DNA of 64,000 nt from Mycobacteriales bacterium (GCA_035550655.1 DASZOU010000022.1:31096-95095); one strand, 5' to 3'. Counted from the first letter of the stretch, positions 38,167-48,143 are shown. Notes: generated by a model not told the origin, from the sequence alone. Made by a program: numbers and translations.

Positions 38167-39983
38167 GACGTTGTCACCCGGCTCAGGGCGTCGACAAGGC
38201 GCTCGTTGTCGGCAGGAAGCTTGACGGCGACCCGAATGAACTGCCCGTGCTCCAAGCCGGGCTTGCCGGTGCAGTCCTTCACCAGGATCGACTCGCCGAG
38301 CAGCCGTTGGGCGACGTCCGTTGCCGTCAGCGAGCCGGGCAGCTCGCAGAGCAGGTAGTTGCCGTGCGACGGCACGACCCGCAAGGAAGGGAGCTCGCTC
38401 AGGCTGCTGGCCAGCTCGTTGCGAGCACCGCGAAGCTGCGCACACGCCTTCTCATAGGCAGGCTCGTAGCGGCCCATGAGCTGCATGAAGTACTCACCGA
38501 AGGAGTTGATGTTCCACACGGCCCGATGTGCCCGAAGCCGCTGCAACAACTCGGAGTCGGCCGTCGCAACCACCCCCAGCCGGCACCCGGGAACGCCGTG
38601 CGTCTTGCCGATGCTCCTCACAAGGATCATGTTGGGGTAGGCGGCCAGGACCTCGTCGTCCACCAGCGAGGCGCAGTGATCGGGTTCCGCGAAATCGACG
38701 AACGACTCGTCGACGATGAGCCGCTTTCCGGCCGTCGCCATGTGCTTGGCCAACTGGAGCACCTCGAAGTCCGGCAAGCAACGGCCGGTCGGGTTGTCCG
38801 GGTTGACGAGGACGAGGACATCGGTGCGGTCGGAAAGGTCGAACAGGCTGGCCGGCTCGAGCCCGAAGTCAGGATCCGCCGAGGGCAGCTCCTCGATCTC
38901 GGCACCTGGAAACCGTTTGAGGTACTCCTCGAACGTCGGCACAGGTACGCCGACGCGTTCCGCCTCGAGGACTGTGCCGATCGCGGTGATCCACTCCGAG
39001 GCGCCGTTACCGACCGCTATCAACGACTCGTCGCACCCGAACATCTTTGCGGCGAGGTGGTCGACCACCCACGCCGCTGATGGGTAGTTCCGCAGTAGTG
39101 GATCGAACTCACGTCGCAGCTCGTCGACCATCTCCGGCGGCGGGAAGAACGGGTTGCTGAGGTAGCAGAAGTCGTGCAGCTCCGTGAACCGCCAGTACCC
39201 GCCATGGCGTTGCAGGTACGCGTCGTACTGCCTGTCCGGCGGCGCGAACAGCGTCTCCGCGATTCGGAGGTCCTGCAGGTCGTCGATCTCGTACCACTTC
39301 TCGTCGTCAAGCGTCATCGCTGCGAGGTTGTGCCGTTCGAGCGTCGCGATGACGCGCATCACTTCCTCGTAGTACTCGTTGTTGCCCATCGTGCGCACGT
39401 AGGCCTCGAGGAAGGGCAAGTACTCGTCCGCGAGGTACTCGCGGGAGAACTTGTAGATGTTGACCGTCTTGTAGTGCTGCGTCAGCGCGTCACGGTCGAA
39501 GGCGCGCTTCGGAACGAAATGGTCGATGGTCCCCTCGGGCGTGACGGTCACCACCGTGCCGTCCATCCAGCTGCGAAACCTGTCGACGACTGCGACGTTC
39601 GGCTGCGGGTGCTTGATCAGACGCGTGAGGATTCGAGGCTCGTAGATCAGGTCGCTCTCGAGGAGCAGGGTGTCGTCCTGCACGAGCTCGTCCCGCGCGA
39701 GGTAGAGCGAATGGATGTTGTTCGTGGTGTCGTAGACGGTGTTGTCGACGTACGAAACCGGAGTGCCGTTCCACTCCGTCCCGACAAGGTCTCGTACGCC
39801 CTGCGCCCCGTGCCCGACAACCAGGACGATGCGGTCCACGGCACCGGTGTCGACCAAGGCATCGAGGCTGCGTTCGATGAGCGTGCGGCCGTGAATGCTC
39901 ACCATGCACTTGGTGCGGTCCTTGGTGAGCGCGCCGAGCCTCCTTCCCATGCCTGCCGCGAGGATCAATGCCTGCATCGGCAC
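38163..39983 (-). CDS. Bifunctional fusion: N-terminal LicC-like cytidylyltransferase (NTP-transferase fold) + C-terminal HisC/CobD-like PLP-dependent class I/II aminotransferase-fold enzyme (606 aa)
   Basis: N-terminal ALILAAGMGRRLG…NNIHSLYLARDEL…WYEIDDLQDLRIAE parallels pneumococcal LicC (NNFYSLYLVKEEL…IYEIDSVQDY). C-terminal LVNPDNPTG and SIGKTHGVPGCRLG (PLP Lys) are the fold-type I aminotransferase/threonine-phosphate decarboxylase motifs. Confidence 0.8.
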   Translation of the reverse strand: MPMQALILAAGMGRRLGALTKDRTKCMVSIHGRTLIERSLDALVDTGAVDRIVLVVGHGAQGVRDLVGTEWNGTPVSYVDNTVYDTTNNIHSLYLARDELVQDDTLLLESDLIYEPRILTRLIKHPQPNVAVVDRFRSWMDGTVVTVTPEGTIDHFVPKRAFDRDALTQHYKTVNIYKFSREYLADEYLPFLEAYVRTMGNNEYYEEVMRVIATLERHNLAAMTLDDEKWYEIDDLQDLRIAETLFAPPDRQYDAYLQRHGGYWRFTELHDFCYLSNPFFPPPEMVDELRREFDPLLRNYPSAAWVVDHLAAKMFGCDESLIAVGNGASEWITAIGTVLEAERVGVPVPTFEEYLKRFPGAEIEELPSADPDFGLEPASLFDLSDRTDVLVLVNPDNPTGRCLPDFEVLQLAKHMATAGKRLIVDESFVDFAEPDHCASLVDDEVLAAYPNMILVRSIGKTHGVPGCRLGVVATADSELLQRLRAHRAVWNINSFGEYFMQLMGRYEPAYEKACAQLRGARNELASSLSELPSLRVVPSHGNYLLCELPGSLTATDVAQRLLGESILVKDCTGKPGLEHGQFIRVAVKLPADNERLVDALSRVTTS

Positions 39984-39991
39984 AGTCTCGA

Positions 39992-40798
39992 TCAGGGTTC
40001 GTCGAATGTCACCAACTCGGTATGCGTCTCTCGCGCATGCTCCGGCGGGGGCGTCATGTAGTCGTCCCCGAACTCGGCGCGCAGATAGGCGTCCGGGTCA
40101 GCCGGACCGGGCAGCGTGAGTCCACCCAGCCGCTGCGGACTGAGGGGGAAGATCACCTCCCTCGGCATGGCCGCCCAGATACCTGCGGCGCCGATGCCCA
40201 GCAAGTTGCCGTCGCGTTTCGACTGCCGCCAAGTCAGCCAGCGCTCGAGCAGTCGAGTCAGCCAGCCTGGTAGCTGCGCGACCAGCCACCACTTGGTCCG
40301 CTGCACTCCGCGCGGCAGCGCGGGCGACCGGGCCATGTGCGCGGCGTAGCTGGCGGTCTGCACGAGCAGGGCCATCGCTCGCTCGATGCGTCTCAGCACA
40401 GCGGACGTCGAGACCGGCACCACCGTCATGATGTCGATGAAGAGGCCGTCGTGCGCGGGGGCCGGAAGTTGGTGCAGGGCGTGGAAGGCGCTCGGCGCAT
40501 GGGTGCCGTTGATGTACACCTTGACGGTTGACGTGATCGCCGGGTCGTCGTGAGGGGTCTGCACGAGGTACGCCGGCCCTAACAGCGCGGGGGCCGCCGA
40601 GACGAATCTCTCGATGTCCCTGGGAAGCATGCAGAGATCGACGTCGTCGTCCCACGGGATCGGCGAGCCTTCCCTCACGGCGCCCAGGAGGGTCCCGCTG
40701 TCGATCCAGTAGGTCACGCCCAGCGCCTGGCAGACGCGGTCGACGTCGTGCAGCGCATCGAGAAGGGTGCGAAGCACGCGATTGCGGCGCCCGTCCAT
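39992..40798 (-). CDS. LicD-family phosphotransferase (phosphocholine / aminoalcohol-phosphate / polyol-phosphate transferase)
   Basis: LicD DxD signature GTLLGAVREGSPIPWDDDVDLCMLPRD. ATG at 40798 is preceded by AAAGGAG. The longer track ORF N-terminus is Arg-rich and antisense-like. Confidence 0.75.
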   Translation of the reverse strand: MDGRRNRVLRTLLDALHDVDRVCQALGVTYWIDSGTLLGAVREGSPIPWDDDVDLCMLPRDIERFVSAAPALLGPAYLVQTPHDDPAITSTVKVYINGTHAPSAFHALHQLPAPAHDGLFIDIMTVVPVSTSAVLRRIERAMALLVQTASYAAHMARSPALPRGVQRTKWWLVAQLPGWLTRLLERWLTWRQSKRDGNLLGIGAAGIWAAMPREVIFPLSPQRLGGLTLPGPADPDAYLRAEFGDDYMTPPPEHARETHTELVTFDEP

Positions 40799-40939
40799 CC
40801 TCACTCCTTTGGTGCGCCGTGCAGCCCCGCGGTTGATGGTGACAGATCTCCTCCGGCTGATTGGTGACACCTGAGCCGTTCCACGTCGGATCAGGCTGCC
40901 ATCTGACACGATGCCGAGGAGATCCGCACTGGGTGAAAG

Positions 40940-42775
40940 GTGTTCCACATGGCCGCCGAGGCCGCGCCCGCCGGCGTGCCAGCCGATGCCGGGACGGCCC
41001 GACTCGGACCGGCGTACTCGCGGCTGCTGACCTACCCGGTGATGACGGCCGGCGCGCTCGCCGACTGCATCGCGTTCGCGATGAGCCGCAGCGGCGACGC
41101 AGGGGCCGCACCGCTGTACTGGCTCGGCCAGATCGCCCTCCTTCTTCCGTGCATCGTCATCTGCCTGCGCCGATCCGCGTCGCCGAAGAGCCGGATATGG
41201 GCACTGCAGCTGTTGGCGGCGCTCCAAAGTTTCGTCGCATGGGCGTACAGCCCGGACCGCTTCCGCTTCCCGGACGAGCTACAACATCTGCGGACGGCCG
41301 ACAACATCCTCGCCACCGGGCATCTGTTCAGCGCGAACCCCGCACTACCCGTCAGTCCGGGGTTCCCGTCGTTGGAGATCGTGACCACCGCCGTGAGCAG
41401 GTTGTCCGGCATGTCGGTGTACACCGCCGGCGTCATCACCTCATCGGTCGCGCACGTCCTGCTCGTGACTGCGGTCGTTTCTTGGGCCCACGCGCTGCGG
41501 CTCGGGTCACGCCAAGCTGCCGCAGCCGCGCTCGTCTTCGGATTCGCCCCCGACTACCCGTACTTCGACACCCTGTTCACCTACACCGCAATCGCGCTGC
41601 CGTTCTTCGTCCTTGCGGCCCGCGCCGCAGTCCGCTCAGTCACGCGACAGGATGCCGCCCTGCTCGTGCTGCCGCCGTTGCTGATCGCTGTCGTCAGCCA
41701 TCACCTCACCGGCTACCTTGCCTGCGGCTATGTCGCGCTCCTCGCCGCAACGTTGGCGATGGGGCGCCGGCCCGAGCCGTCGGCGCCGTGGTGGACGGCC
41801 CCTGGCGTTGCCTTGGTCGGCGTCGCCGGGGTGGGCGTGGTCTGCGCAGCAGCCTGGACAGCGGCCTTCGCCCCGCATGCGCTCGACTACCTGCTGACCC
41901 CGACCAAGGCCGCATTGCACGCAGTGTTCAGCCCGAGCGGATCGGCCGCAGGCGATGTCGCCGCACACGGCGAGGTTGCCCCGCTGTGGCAACGGGCCCT
42001 CGCCATCGCGGGCAGCGTCGTCATGCTGGGGCTGGCGGCGGTCGGCACGGTTCGGTTGTGGCGGTCACCCGTGCCCCGCTGGGTGCAGCTGCTCGCGGGC
42101 GGCGCGATCGCCTACCCCGCCGTCCTCGTCATCCGGGTGGTCGCTGCGGACGGTCCCGAGATCGCGTCTCGGCTCCTGGTCTACGCGATGCTGCTGACCT
42201 GCCTGCCCGTGGCCGCCCTGCTGGTCGCCGTGTGGGCCGACGGCACCTCGCGGGGACGCGTCGTGATCGCCTTGACCCTCGCCGTCACGATCGCGGCGGG
42301 ATCAACGGTGGCCGCGACCCCTTCCCCCTGGGAACGCCTACCCGGGTCGTTCCACGTCGCCGCAGAGGAGAGCGGCGTCGATGCGCGGGTCGCGGCCGCG
42401 GCCCACTACGGAGACCGGACGTTCGCCCCCGGCAGCGTCGTCGCCTGCGACCTGTCGCTGTGCAGCCTCCTCGGCGGCGAGTCCAAGGCGATCACCAGCA
42501 GCGCGTCGGCACCGATGTTCTTCGCCCCGACGGACATCCTGCGCAATGGCGAGATCAGCCGGCTCGGGCTGGACTACGTGCTGGTCGACGACCGGTTGAC
42601 GCAGCAGCTTCCCGCCTTCGGTCTGTACTTCCCCGGCGAGAACAACACAGGCGGATACCCGCGACCTTTCCCACCCGCCCGTCTCGCGTCCTTCGCCACC
42701 GACCCGCTATACAGCCGGGTCTACGACAACGGGGACATCCAGATCTACGACGTGTCCGCGGTGTGGAATGTCTAG
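40940..42775 (+). CDS. Large polytopic membrane protein (611 aa), candidate glycan polymerase/transferase of unknown family
   Basis: More than 12 predicted TM segments and a C-terminal soluble domain. Divergent from licD. Confidence 0.55.
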   Translation: MFHMAAEAAPAGVPADAGTARLGPAYSRLLTYPVMTAGALADCIAFAMSRSGDAGAAPLYWLGQIALLLPCIVICLRRSASPKSRIWALQLLAALQSFVAWAYSPDRFRFPDELQHLRTADNILATGHLFSANPALPVSPGFPSLEIVTTAVSRLSGMSVYTAGVITSSVAHVLLVTAVVSWAHALRLGSRQAAAAALVFGFAPDYPYFDTLFTYTAIALPFFVLAARAAVRSVTRQDAALLVLPPLLIAVVSHHLTGYLACGYVALLAATLAMGRRPEPSAPWWTAPGVALVGVAGVGVVCAAAWTAAFAPHALDYLLTPTKAALHAVFSPSGSAAGDVAAHGEVAPLWQRALAIAGSVVMLGLAAVGTVRLWRSPVPRWVQLLAGGAIAYPAVLVIRVVAADGPEIASRLLVYAMLLTCLPVAALLVAVWADGTSRGRVVIALTLAVTIAAGSTVAATPSPWERLPGSFHVAAEESGVDARVAAAAHYGDRTFAPGSVVACDLSLCSLLGGESKAITSSASAPMFFAPTDILRNGEISRLGLDYVLVDDRLTQQLPAFGLYFPGENNTGGYPRPFPPARLASFATDPLYSRVYDNGDIQIYDVSAVWNV

Positions 42776-43565
42776 CTTCCCGCGCACTCGCTCCGATCTC
42801 GTCGCTCTCGGGCTCCTTGCGCTGGGCGGCGGCGTCGCCGACATCGGGGCAGCCGGGTGGAGCGGGCCCGTACCGGCGGCGGTGGTGCTCGCAACCGCCT
42901 TCCTCGGGCCCGGCCTGGCCTGGCAGAACCTTCGCGGCACCCTCCGCTCCGGCCCGGTCAGCCTCGGCCTCGCCGCTGCCATCAGCACCGGCTGCCTCAT
43001 CACCCTCGGGCTCGGGATGAACGCCGCCTCAGTTGCGCTGAGCCGCAGCCATTGGGCGACGGCGCTCGCCGCGGTCGTCATCGGGTTGGCCGTCGCCGCG
43101 CTGATCCGGCCCCGGCGGATGCTGTTCGATCGCGAGCTTGGGCAAGACGCCGCCGCAACGCCCCGTCGCGTCAGCATTGCCGCGATCTGCGCCTTGTGCG
43201 CGGTGCTGGCCGCGAGCGGCGGGCGGATCGCCTGGTCGAGCCAGCAGCACTGGCTGGCCCGCCAGCACTACACCGAGCTCTACGCCACCGCGACCACGAC
43301 CGGCGAGCTGGTGACGGTCAACAACCATGAAGGCAACCAGGTCAGCTATGTAGCCAGAATCGACGCGGCGGGACAGCCTGCCGCGGTTGTCCGCTTCACC
43401 CTGCCGCAAGGTGGGACGTGGCGGCGCACGGTTGTTGTCCAACCAAGCGAGGTGACAACCGACAGGCCGCTGCTGCAGGTCGAGCTGGCGCGCGACGGTG
43501 TGCCCGGGGTGTACCGCTGGATCAGACTCATCCGACCACAGCCCTCGGCGTCGGCAGCCGGCTGA
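42768..43565 (+). CDS. Membrane protein with C-terminal extracytoplasmic beta-rich domain (unknown function)
   Basis: About 5 TM segments then a ~110-aa soluble domain. Overlaps the upstream gene by 8 nt. Confidence 0.5.
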   Translation: MSSFPRTRSDLVALGLLALGGGVADIGAAGWSGPVPAAVVLATAFLGPGLAWQNLRGTLRSGPVSLGLAAAISTGCLITLGLGMNAASVALSRSHWATALAAVVIGLAVAALIRPRRMLFDRELGQDAAATPRRVSIAAICALCAVLAASGGRIAWSSQQHWLARQHYTELYATATTTGELVTVNNHEGNQVSYVARIDAAGQPAAVVRFTLPQGGTWRRTVVVQPSEVTTDRPLLQVELARDGVPGVYRWIRLIRPQPSASAAG

Positions 43566-43674
43566 GCGCTGGGCCGCGAGACCGCCGCGAAATAGGCTGA
43601 TCACTCGGCGCAAGCCCCGGGATCGGCCCGCCCAGCCCGCGAGCTCGACGGCAAGTACGGAAGGGGTGCCAGGC

Positions 43675-44505
43675 GTGGATCCACTGCCCGGGTTGGCGCC
43701 GGCCGACGTCGACGAAGCCGCGGCGGTCGTCGAACAGCTGTGGTCCGCGACCAGCAGCCGGCTCGCCGTGTTTCGAGTGCCAGTGCTCGCGTTGCGGCAC
43801 CGACGCCTGCTCACGGCCCTCTCGCGGGCTCTCGGGCAGCTTCCGATCCTGCGAGTGCAACCGTCCCGGTCACCGGCGGGTCAGGAGCTCACGGCGTTGC
43901 TGCTCGGTCCGCACTGGCGGGCCGACTCGGGTCGTCGCCTTCCAGAGCTTCGCGTGCGCATCGGCGGCCGGCTGCTGCGGATGCCCGACCGGCGCGCCGC
44001 CGTCGCCGTACTTGAGCTGCCAGCCGATCCCGCGGAATACCTGGCAGGCCGGAAGAAGCAGGCGCTGCGCACCAACCTCGCACACGCTCGCGAACACGGC
44101 ATCACGGTCAGCGAGATCGTGGCTGGGGCCGAACAGCTCGACTGCATCGAACAGGTGCTGGTTGCTCGCGAGGACGAGTGGTGGGCCAAGTACGAGAGCT
44201 GGTTGCGGCGCGTGGTTGACGCGAGACTCGTGCGGCTTTTCGCGGGCCGCGGACCCGACGGCGCGGTTCTGACCGTTGCCCTCGTGGTTCCGGACGCGCC
44301 GTGGGCGATGCTGCGCCTGTTCGTGAGCACACCGGACGACCTCGCCGGTTATGCCAGGTACTCGACCCACGCCTTCATGGTGGAAGCGCTGGCGAAAGCC
44401 GGTGTCCGCACCCTGCTTGTCGACACCGTCTTCGATGCTCCCCCAGGTGTGCGCTACTTCCAGAGCCGGCTGGGCTTCGAGCTGGCAAACATCGCGGTCG
44501 GGTAG
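43675..44505 (+). CDS. FemAB/CelD-like (BioF2-like, GNAT-fold) acyl/aminoacyl-transferase family protein
   Basis: …AEYLAGRKKQALRTNLAHAREHGITVSEIV… is the Acetyltransf_6/CelD-type motif. GTG 43675 is placed 9 nt after a GGAAGGGG Shine-Dalgarno; the start is uncertain. Confidence 0.55.
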   Translation: MDPLPGLAPADVDEAAAVVEQLWSATSSRLAVFRVPVLALRHRRLLTALSRALGQLPILRVQPSRSPAGQELTALLLGPHWRADSGRRLPELRVRIGGRLLRMPDRRAAVAVLELPADPAEYLAGRKKQALRTNLAHAREHGITVSEIVAGAEQLDCIEQVLVAREDEWWAKYESWLRRVVDARLVRLFAGRGPDGAVLTVALVVPDAPWAMLRLFVSTPDDLAGYARYSTHAFMVEALAKAGVRTLLVDTVFDAPPGVRYFQSRLGFELANIAVG

Positions 44506-44512
44506 CGCCGCC

Positions 44513-45625
44513 ATGCAAGCCCGAGTCATCCCGCTGGCGGACCTGAGCCTCGCCGACGAGTCCAAGTGGGCCGCGCTCGCCGAACGAGCCGCCGAGCCCA
44601 ATCCGTACCTCGAGCCGGACTGCGTCCTCCCCGCCTGGCGCCATCTGCCCGAAGCATCGGACCTGCGTTTGGTCGTGGCGGAGCACGCCGACCAGTTCCT
44701 GGCATGCCTTCCCATCGGCTCGCCCCAGCCGTGGAGCCGGCTGCACCGCGCCGCACTGATGGGCCGGGCGGACACGACATCCATATTGCTCAGCACCCCG
44801 TTGGTGGATCCGGCCGGAGGTCTGGATGCCGTAACGGTGTTGCTACAAGGAATCCGCGACCAGGGTCGGGCCCTCGGCGCAGGTTTGCTGGTGTTGGACT
44901 GGCTCGGAGACGACGGGACAGTCGGCCCCCTGCTGCGCGAAGCCGCCGCAGGGCTCCGGATGCCCCGGTCGGAACTGTGGCCGTGGCAGCGGCCAGCAAT
45001 GTTTCGCAAAGCTGACCCCACCGAGTACTGGCTGCGCGAGCTCGGCCATCAGCACCAACGCAAGATCCAGCAGAAGCGCCGTCAGCTGGCCAAGCAGATC
45101 GGACCGCTCGAAGTGGTCGACCGGGCCGGCGACCCTTCGGCCGTCGCGGAGCTCATCCGGCTGGAAGCCACCGGATGGAAGCAGACTTCACCCGAGGGCG
45201 AGGCATTCGCGCGCCGAGAGGCGACGGTGCGGTTCTTCACCGAGCTGTGTGAGCGGTTCGCTGCCTCCGGCCGACTCGTTCTGCTCTCGTTGCAGTCCGC
45301 GGATCGCGCCGCCGCCATGCTGTGTTGCCTGCGGTCCGGAGAAGGACTCTTCGCCTATCGGATCGGCTTCGACGAGGCGCTGGGGCGCGGCAGCCCGGGC
45401 GTGCAGGTCTTCCTCGACGCCATGGCCTACCTGCACCGGGAGACCGACGCGGCGTTTCTGGATTCCTGCACCACACCGGACAACCGCTACCTGCCGGATC
45501 TGTTGCCCGACACCCGCAGCCTGACGACGATGGTGATCGCGATCGGCGGCGCGCTCGATCGGGGCTTCGTCCGGGCCCTCCCTCTGCTCTCAGCCGCGCA
45601 ACGAGCGTCTGGCCGGACGCCGTGA
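44513..45625 (+). CDS. FemAB/CelD-like (BioF2-like, GNAT-fold) acyl/aminoacyl-transferase family protein
   Basis: 370 aa; …YWLRELGHQHQRKIQQKRRQLAKQIGPLEVV… is the same family motif. Paralog of the preceding gene. Confidence 0.65.
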   Translation: MQARVIPLADLSLADESKWAALAERAAEPNPYLEPDCVLPAWRHLPEASDLRLVVAEHADQFLACLPIGSPQPWSRLHRAALMGRADTTSILLSTPLVDPAGGLDAVTVLLQGIRDQGRALGAGLLVLDWLGDDGTVGPLLREAAAGLRMPRSELWPWQRPAMFRKADPTEYWLRELGHQHQRKIQQKRRQLAKQIGPLEVVDRAGDPSAVAELIRLEATGWKQTSPEGEAFARREATVRFFTELCERFAASGRLVLLSLQSADRAAAMLCCLRSGEGLFAYRIGFDEALGRGSPGVQVFLDAMAYLHRETDAAFLDSCTTPDNRYLPDLLPDTRSLTTMVIAIGGALDRGFVRALPLLSAAQRASGRTP

Positions 45626-46935
45626 CGGCCCGGCGATCGATTCGAGTGCCGCAGGCACTGACCCGAGAACGCGCCGCGAGCCTCGCGGCCAGCCCGGTCA
45701 TTCGCGGCACCGCCTTCCTCTACGGCAGCACGATCACCACGAGTGTTCTCGGTTTCTTCTTCTGGTTCGTCGCCGCCCGACTGCTGACGCCGGAAGAAGT
45801 CGGCGCCGGATCAGCGGCCCAGTCGGCCGCTCAGCTCTGCGCGACGATCGGCATCCTCGGCCTCGGCACGCTCACCATCGCGGAGCTCGCGACGGATCGA
45901 AGCAAGGTCCGCCAGCTCGTGTCGGCCACGTGTCTCGTCGCAGCGATCGCGTCCACTGCGGCCGGCGTGGTGACAGGCGTCGTGCTCACTCACACGAGCC
46001 GTCATCTCGACGCCGTCGTCGGCGGCTGGCTGCCGTTGACCACTTTCGCGCTGCTCGCCGGTACGACCGCCGCCGGTCTGGTTCTCGACGATGCCTGCAT
46101 CGGCCTCCTGCGCGGCGAGATCCAACTCGTGCGCAACGCCGTGTTCGCGGCGGCGAAGCTCGCCTTGCTACCGGTGGCGATCTATGCCGGTGGATTCGGC
46201 CACGGCCGCCAGATCATTGTGGTCTGGCTGCTCGCCAGCGCGGGCTCGCTGGTCGTCGCGTACGGCCTGATCCGACGACGAACCGAGCCCGCGACGTGGC
46301 GGCCAGACCTGTCCAACCTGATCGCAAAGCGCCGGTTGATCTGGAGCCACCACCTGCTCAACGTCGCCGTCCTGGCTCCCGGGCTCGCCGCTCCGGTCGT
46401 CGTGACGACCCTCGTGGGACCCAGCGCAAACGCGGGCTTCTACACCGCGCTGCTCGTCACCAACTTCGTGAACATCATCCCGAGCCAGCTGGCGACCACG
46501 TTCTTCGCGCTCGCCCCGGGCGACGAAGCGGCGCTCGCACGCGAGATCCGCATCACGCTTCGGGTCTCGGTCGCCGTCTCGGTGGCGGCCGCGGTGCTGT
46601 TCGGGTTCGGCTCACACCTGATTCTTCACGTGTTCCGGCGAAGCTACGTGTCCGCTGCGCCCGCGATGGCGCTGCTCGGATTCGCCACTTTTCCCTACGC
46701 GATCAAGTCGCACTTCGTGGGCATCACCAGAGTTCAGGGCCGAATGCAGCGAGGGGCGGCGTTTGCAGCGCTCGCTGCGATCATCGAGATCGTTGGCGCG
46801 GTCATCGGGACAAGCCTCGACAACGTGACCGGCGCGGCCGCCGGACTGCTGACCGCACTCGTCTTCGAGTCGCTGCTGTTCGGTCCGACGGTGCTGTCCG
46901 CGCTCCGCGGACAGCAGCCATCAGCGTCGACGTGA
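45622..46935 (+). CDS. Polysaccharide biosynthesis protein / MOP-superfamily flippase (Wzx-like)
   Basis: 437 aa, ~14 TM with a duplicated architecture. GTGA coupling to the upstream gene. Confidence 0.75.
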   Translation: MTARRSIRVPQALTRERAASLAASPVIRGTAFLYGSTITTSVLGFFFWFVAARLLTPEEVGAGSAAQSAAQLCATIGILGLGTLTIAELATDRSKVRQLVSATCLVAAIASTAAGVVTGVVLTHTSRHLDAVVGGWLPLTTFALLAGTTAAGLVLDDACIGLLRGEIQLVRNAVFAAAKLALLPVAIYAGGFGHGRQIIVVWLLASAGSLVVAYGLIRRRTEPATWRPDLSNLIAKRRLIWSHHLLNVAVLAPGLAAPVVVTTLVGPSANAGFYTALLVTNFVNIIPSQLATTFFALAPGDEAALAREIRITLRVSVAVSVAAAVLFGFGSHLILHVFRRSYVSAAPAMALLGFATFPYAIKSHFVGITRVQGRMQRGAAFAALAAIIEIVGAVIGTSLDNVTGAAAGLLTALVFESLLFGPTVLSALRGQQPSAST

Positions 46936-47904
46936 GGACACGCGCCGGAGCGCCGCGGCGCCACGGGTGAGCGCGCGCCGGAGCCTTGCCGGCAGCATCA
47001 CGGACGCCAGGAAGAACACCCAAGCGCGCCAGCCCGCTGATCGCTCGGCAAGCACGCTTCGTGCGATGCGCCCGGCGCCGCGCCAGTCCCGCTGGGCTAC
47101 CGCGAGAACGCCGGTGACGCACAGCAGACCGTCGCCGTGTTCCCGCGGCGTCAGACCAGCGCGCTGCCCCTCGAACCAGTCGCGACTGAGCCGCCAACCC
47201 GCCCGCGACGAGGCGGAGTCGCCCGCGGCAGCGACGGTGTAGTCAAGCAGCACCTGGTCCAGCATGAGGACCGCAGTGGACGGATCGGCGGCGAGAAGCA
47301 GCAAGGTCTCCCAGTCCTCGTGCAGATGCGTCGCGCTGGTCGCCCTTGCCCGCTGCGCAGCGTCTCGGCTGAGCAGCATCATCGACGCCGCGACGGTTGT
47401 CTCCCCGGGTCGAATCTCCCGACGGACAAACAGGTAGTCGGCAAGCCGTTCACCGGGCCGAAGCACGCGGCGTGGCACGGTCTGGATGAACCGGCCGTCG
47501 GAATCGACCAGGTTCATCCGGCACAGCACCACGACGTTGCCGGCCAGCTCGGCCTTCGCCGCCTCCGCGGCCGCGACCTGGCGACGGATCTTCTCCGGAT
47601 GCCACCTGTCGTCGTCGTCGAGAAAAGCGATGTAGTCGGCGCCCGCGGCCGCATCGATCGCAGCCGCCCGAGCCGCCCGTGGACCTCGGCGTCGATCCGA
47701 CTCGATGATCCGCAGCCGCGGCTCGTCGGGCAACGCGGCGGCGAGCTCACCCGGTGCGGGGCCGTCCACGCTGACCACGACCGCGACGTCGCGATAGGTC
47801 TGCTGCAAGGCGCTTTGCACCGCCCTCACGACATGGGGCGCGCCAAGGGTGGGCACCACGACGACGACCCGCGGTCCGGTCCGGGAACCGTCACTCGAGG
47901 CCAT
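46921..47904 (-). CDS. Family 2 glycosyltransferase
   Basis: GT-A motifs VVVVPTLGAPHVVRAVQSALQQTYRDVAVVVSVDGP and IAFLDDDDRWHPEK (DxD). Start at ATG 47904. Confidence 0.8.
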   Translation of the reverse strand: MASSDGSRTGPRVVVVVPTLGAPHVVRAVQSALQQTYRDVAVVVSVDGPAPGELAAALPDEPRLRIIESDRRRGPRAARAAAIDAAAGADYIAFLDDDDRWHPEKIRRQVAAAEAAKAELAGNVVVLCRMNLVDSDGRFIQTVPRRVLRPGERLADYLFVRREIRPGETTVAASMMLLSRDAAQRARATSATHLHEDWETLLLLAADPSTAVLMLDQVLLDYTVAAAGDSASSRAGWRLSRDWFEGQRAGLTPREHGDGLLCVTGVLAVAQRDWRGAGRIARSVLAERSAGWRAWVFFLASVMLPARLRRALTRGAAALRRVSSRRR

Positions 47905-48143
47905 CCATCCGCCGTTCACAGAGAGTCGGATCTGAGGTGACGCTATCGGCCTTCGATCCGCCCGCGTCCTCGACCGGGCGAGCCTCGTTAGGACAAGACG
48001 AACCCCCACGGTTCATCGCCTGCCGTCACAAGGCAAGCAAGTCCGCCGTTTCCGGCGAACGGCTTGGTTGTCCGCAGACGTCGGGCGGCGGACCACCCGT
48101 CCGGCGGATCACCAACTCGGGACAAGGGATCGAGACAGTCATC

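Noticed and set aside
39992-41227. Full-length 411-aa version of the licD ORF
   Set aside because: The first ~143 codons are Arg-rich and overlap the divergent promoter region. ATG 40798 with an AAAGGAG SD gives a LicD-sized (269 aa) product.
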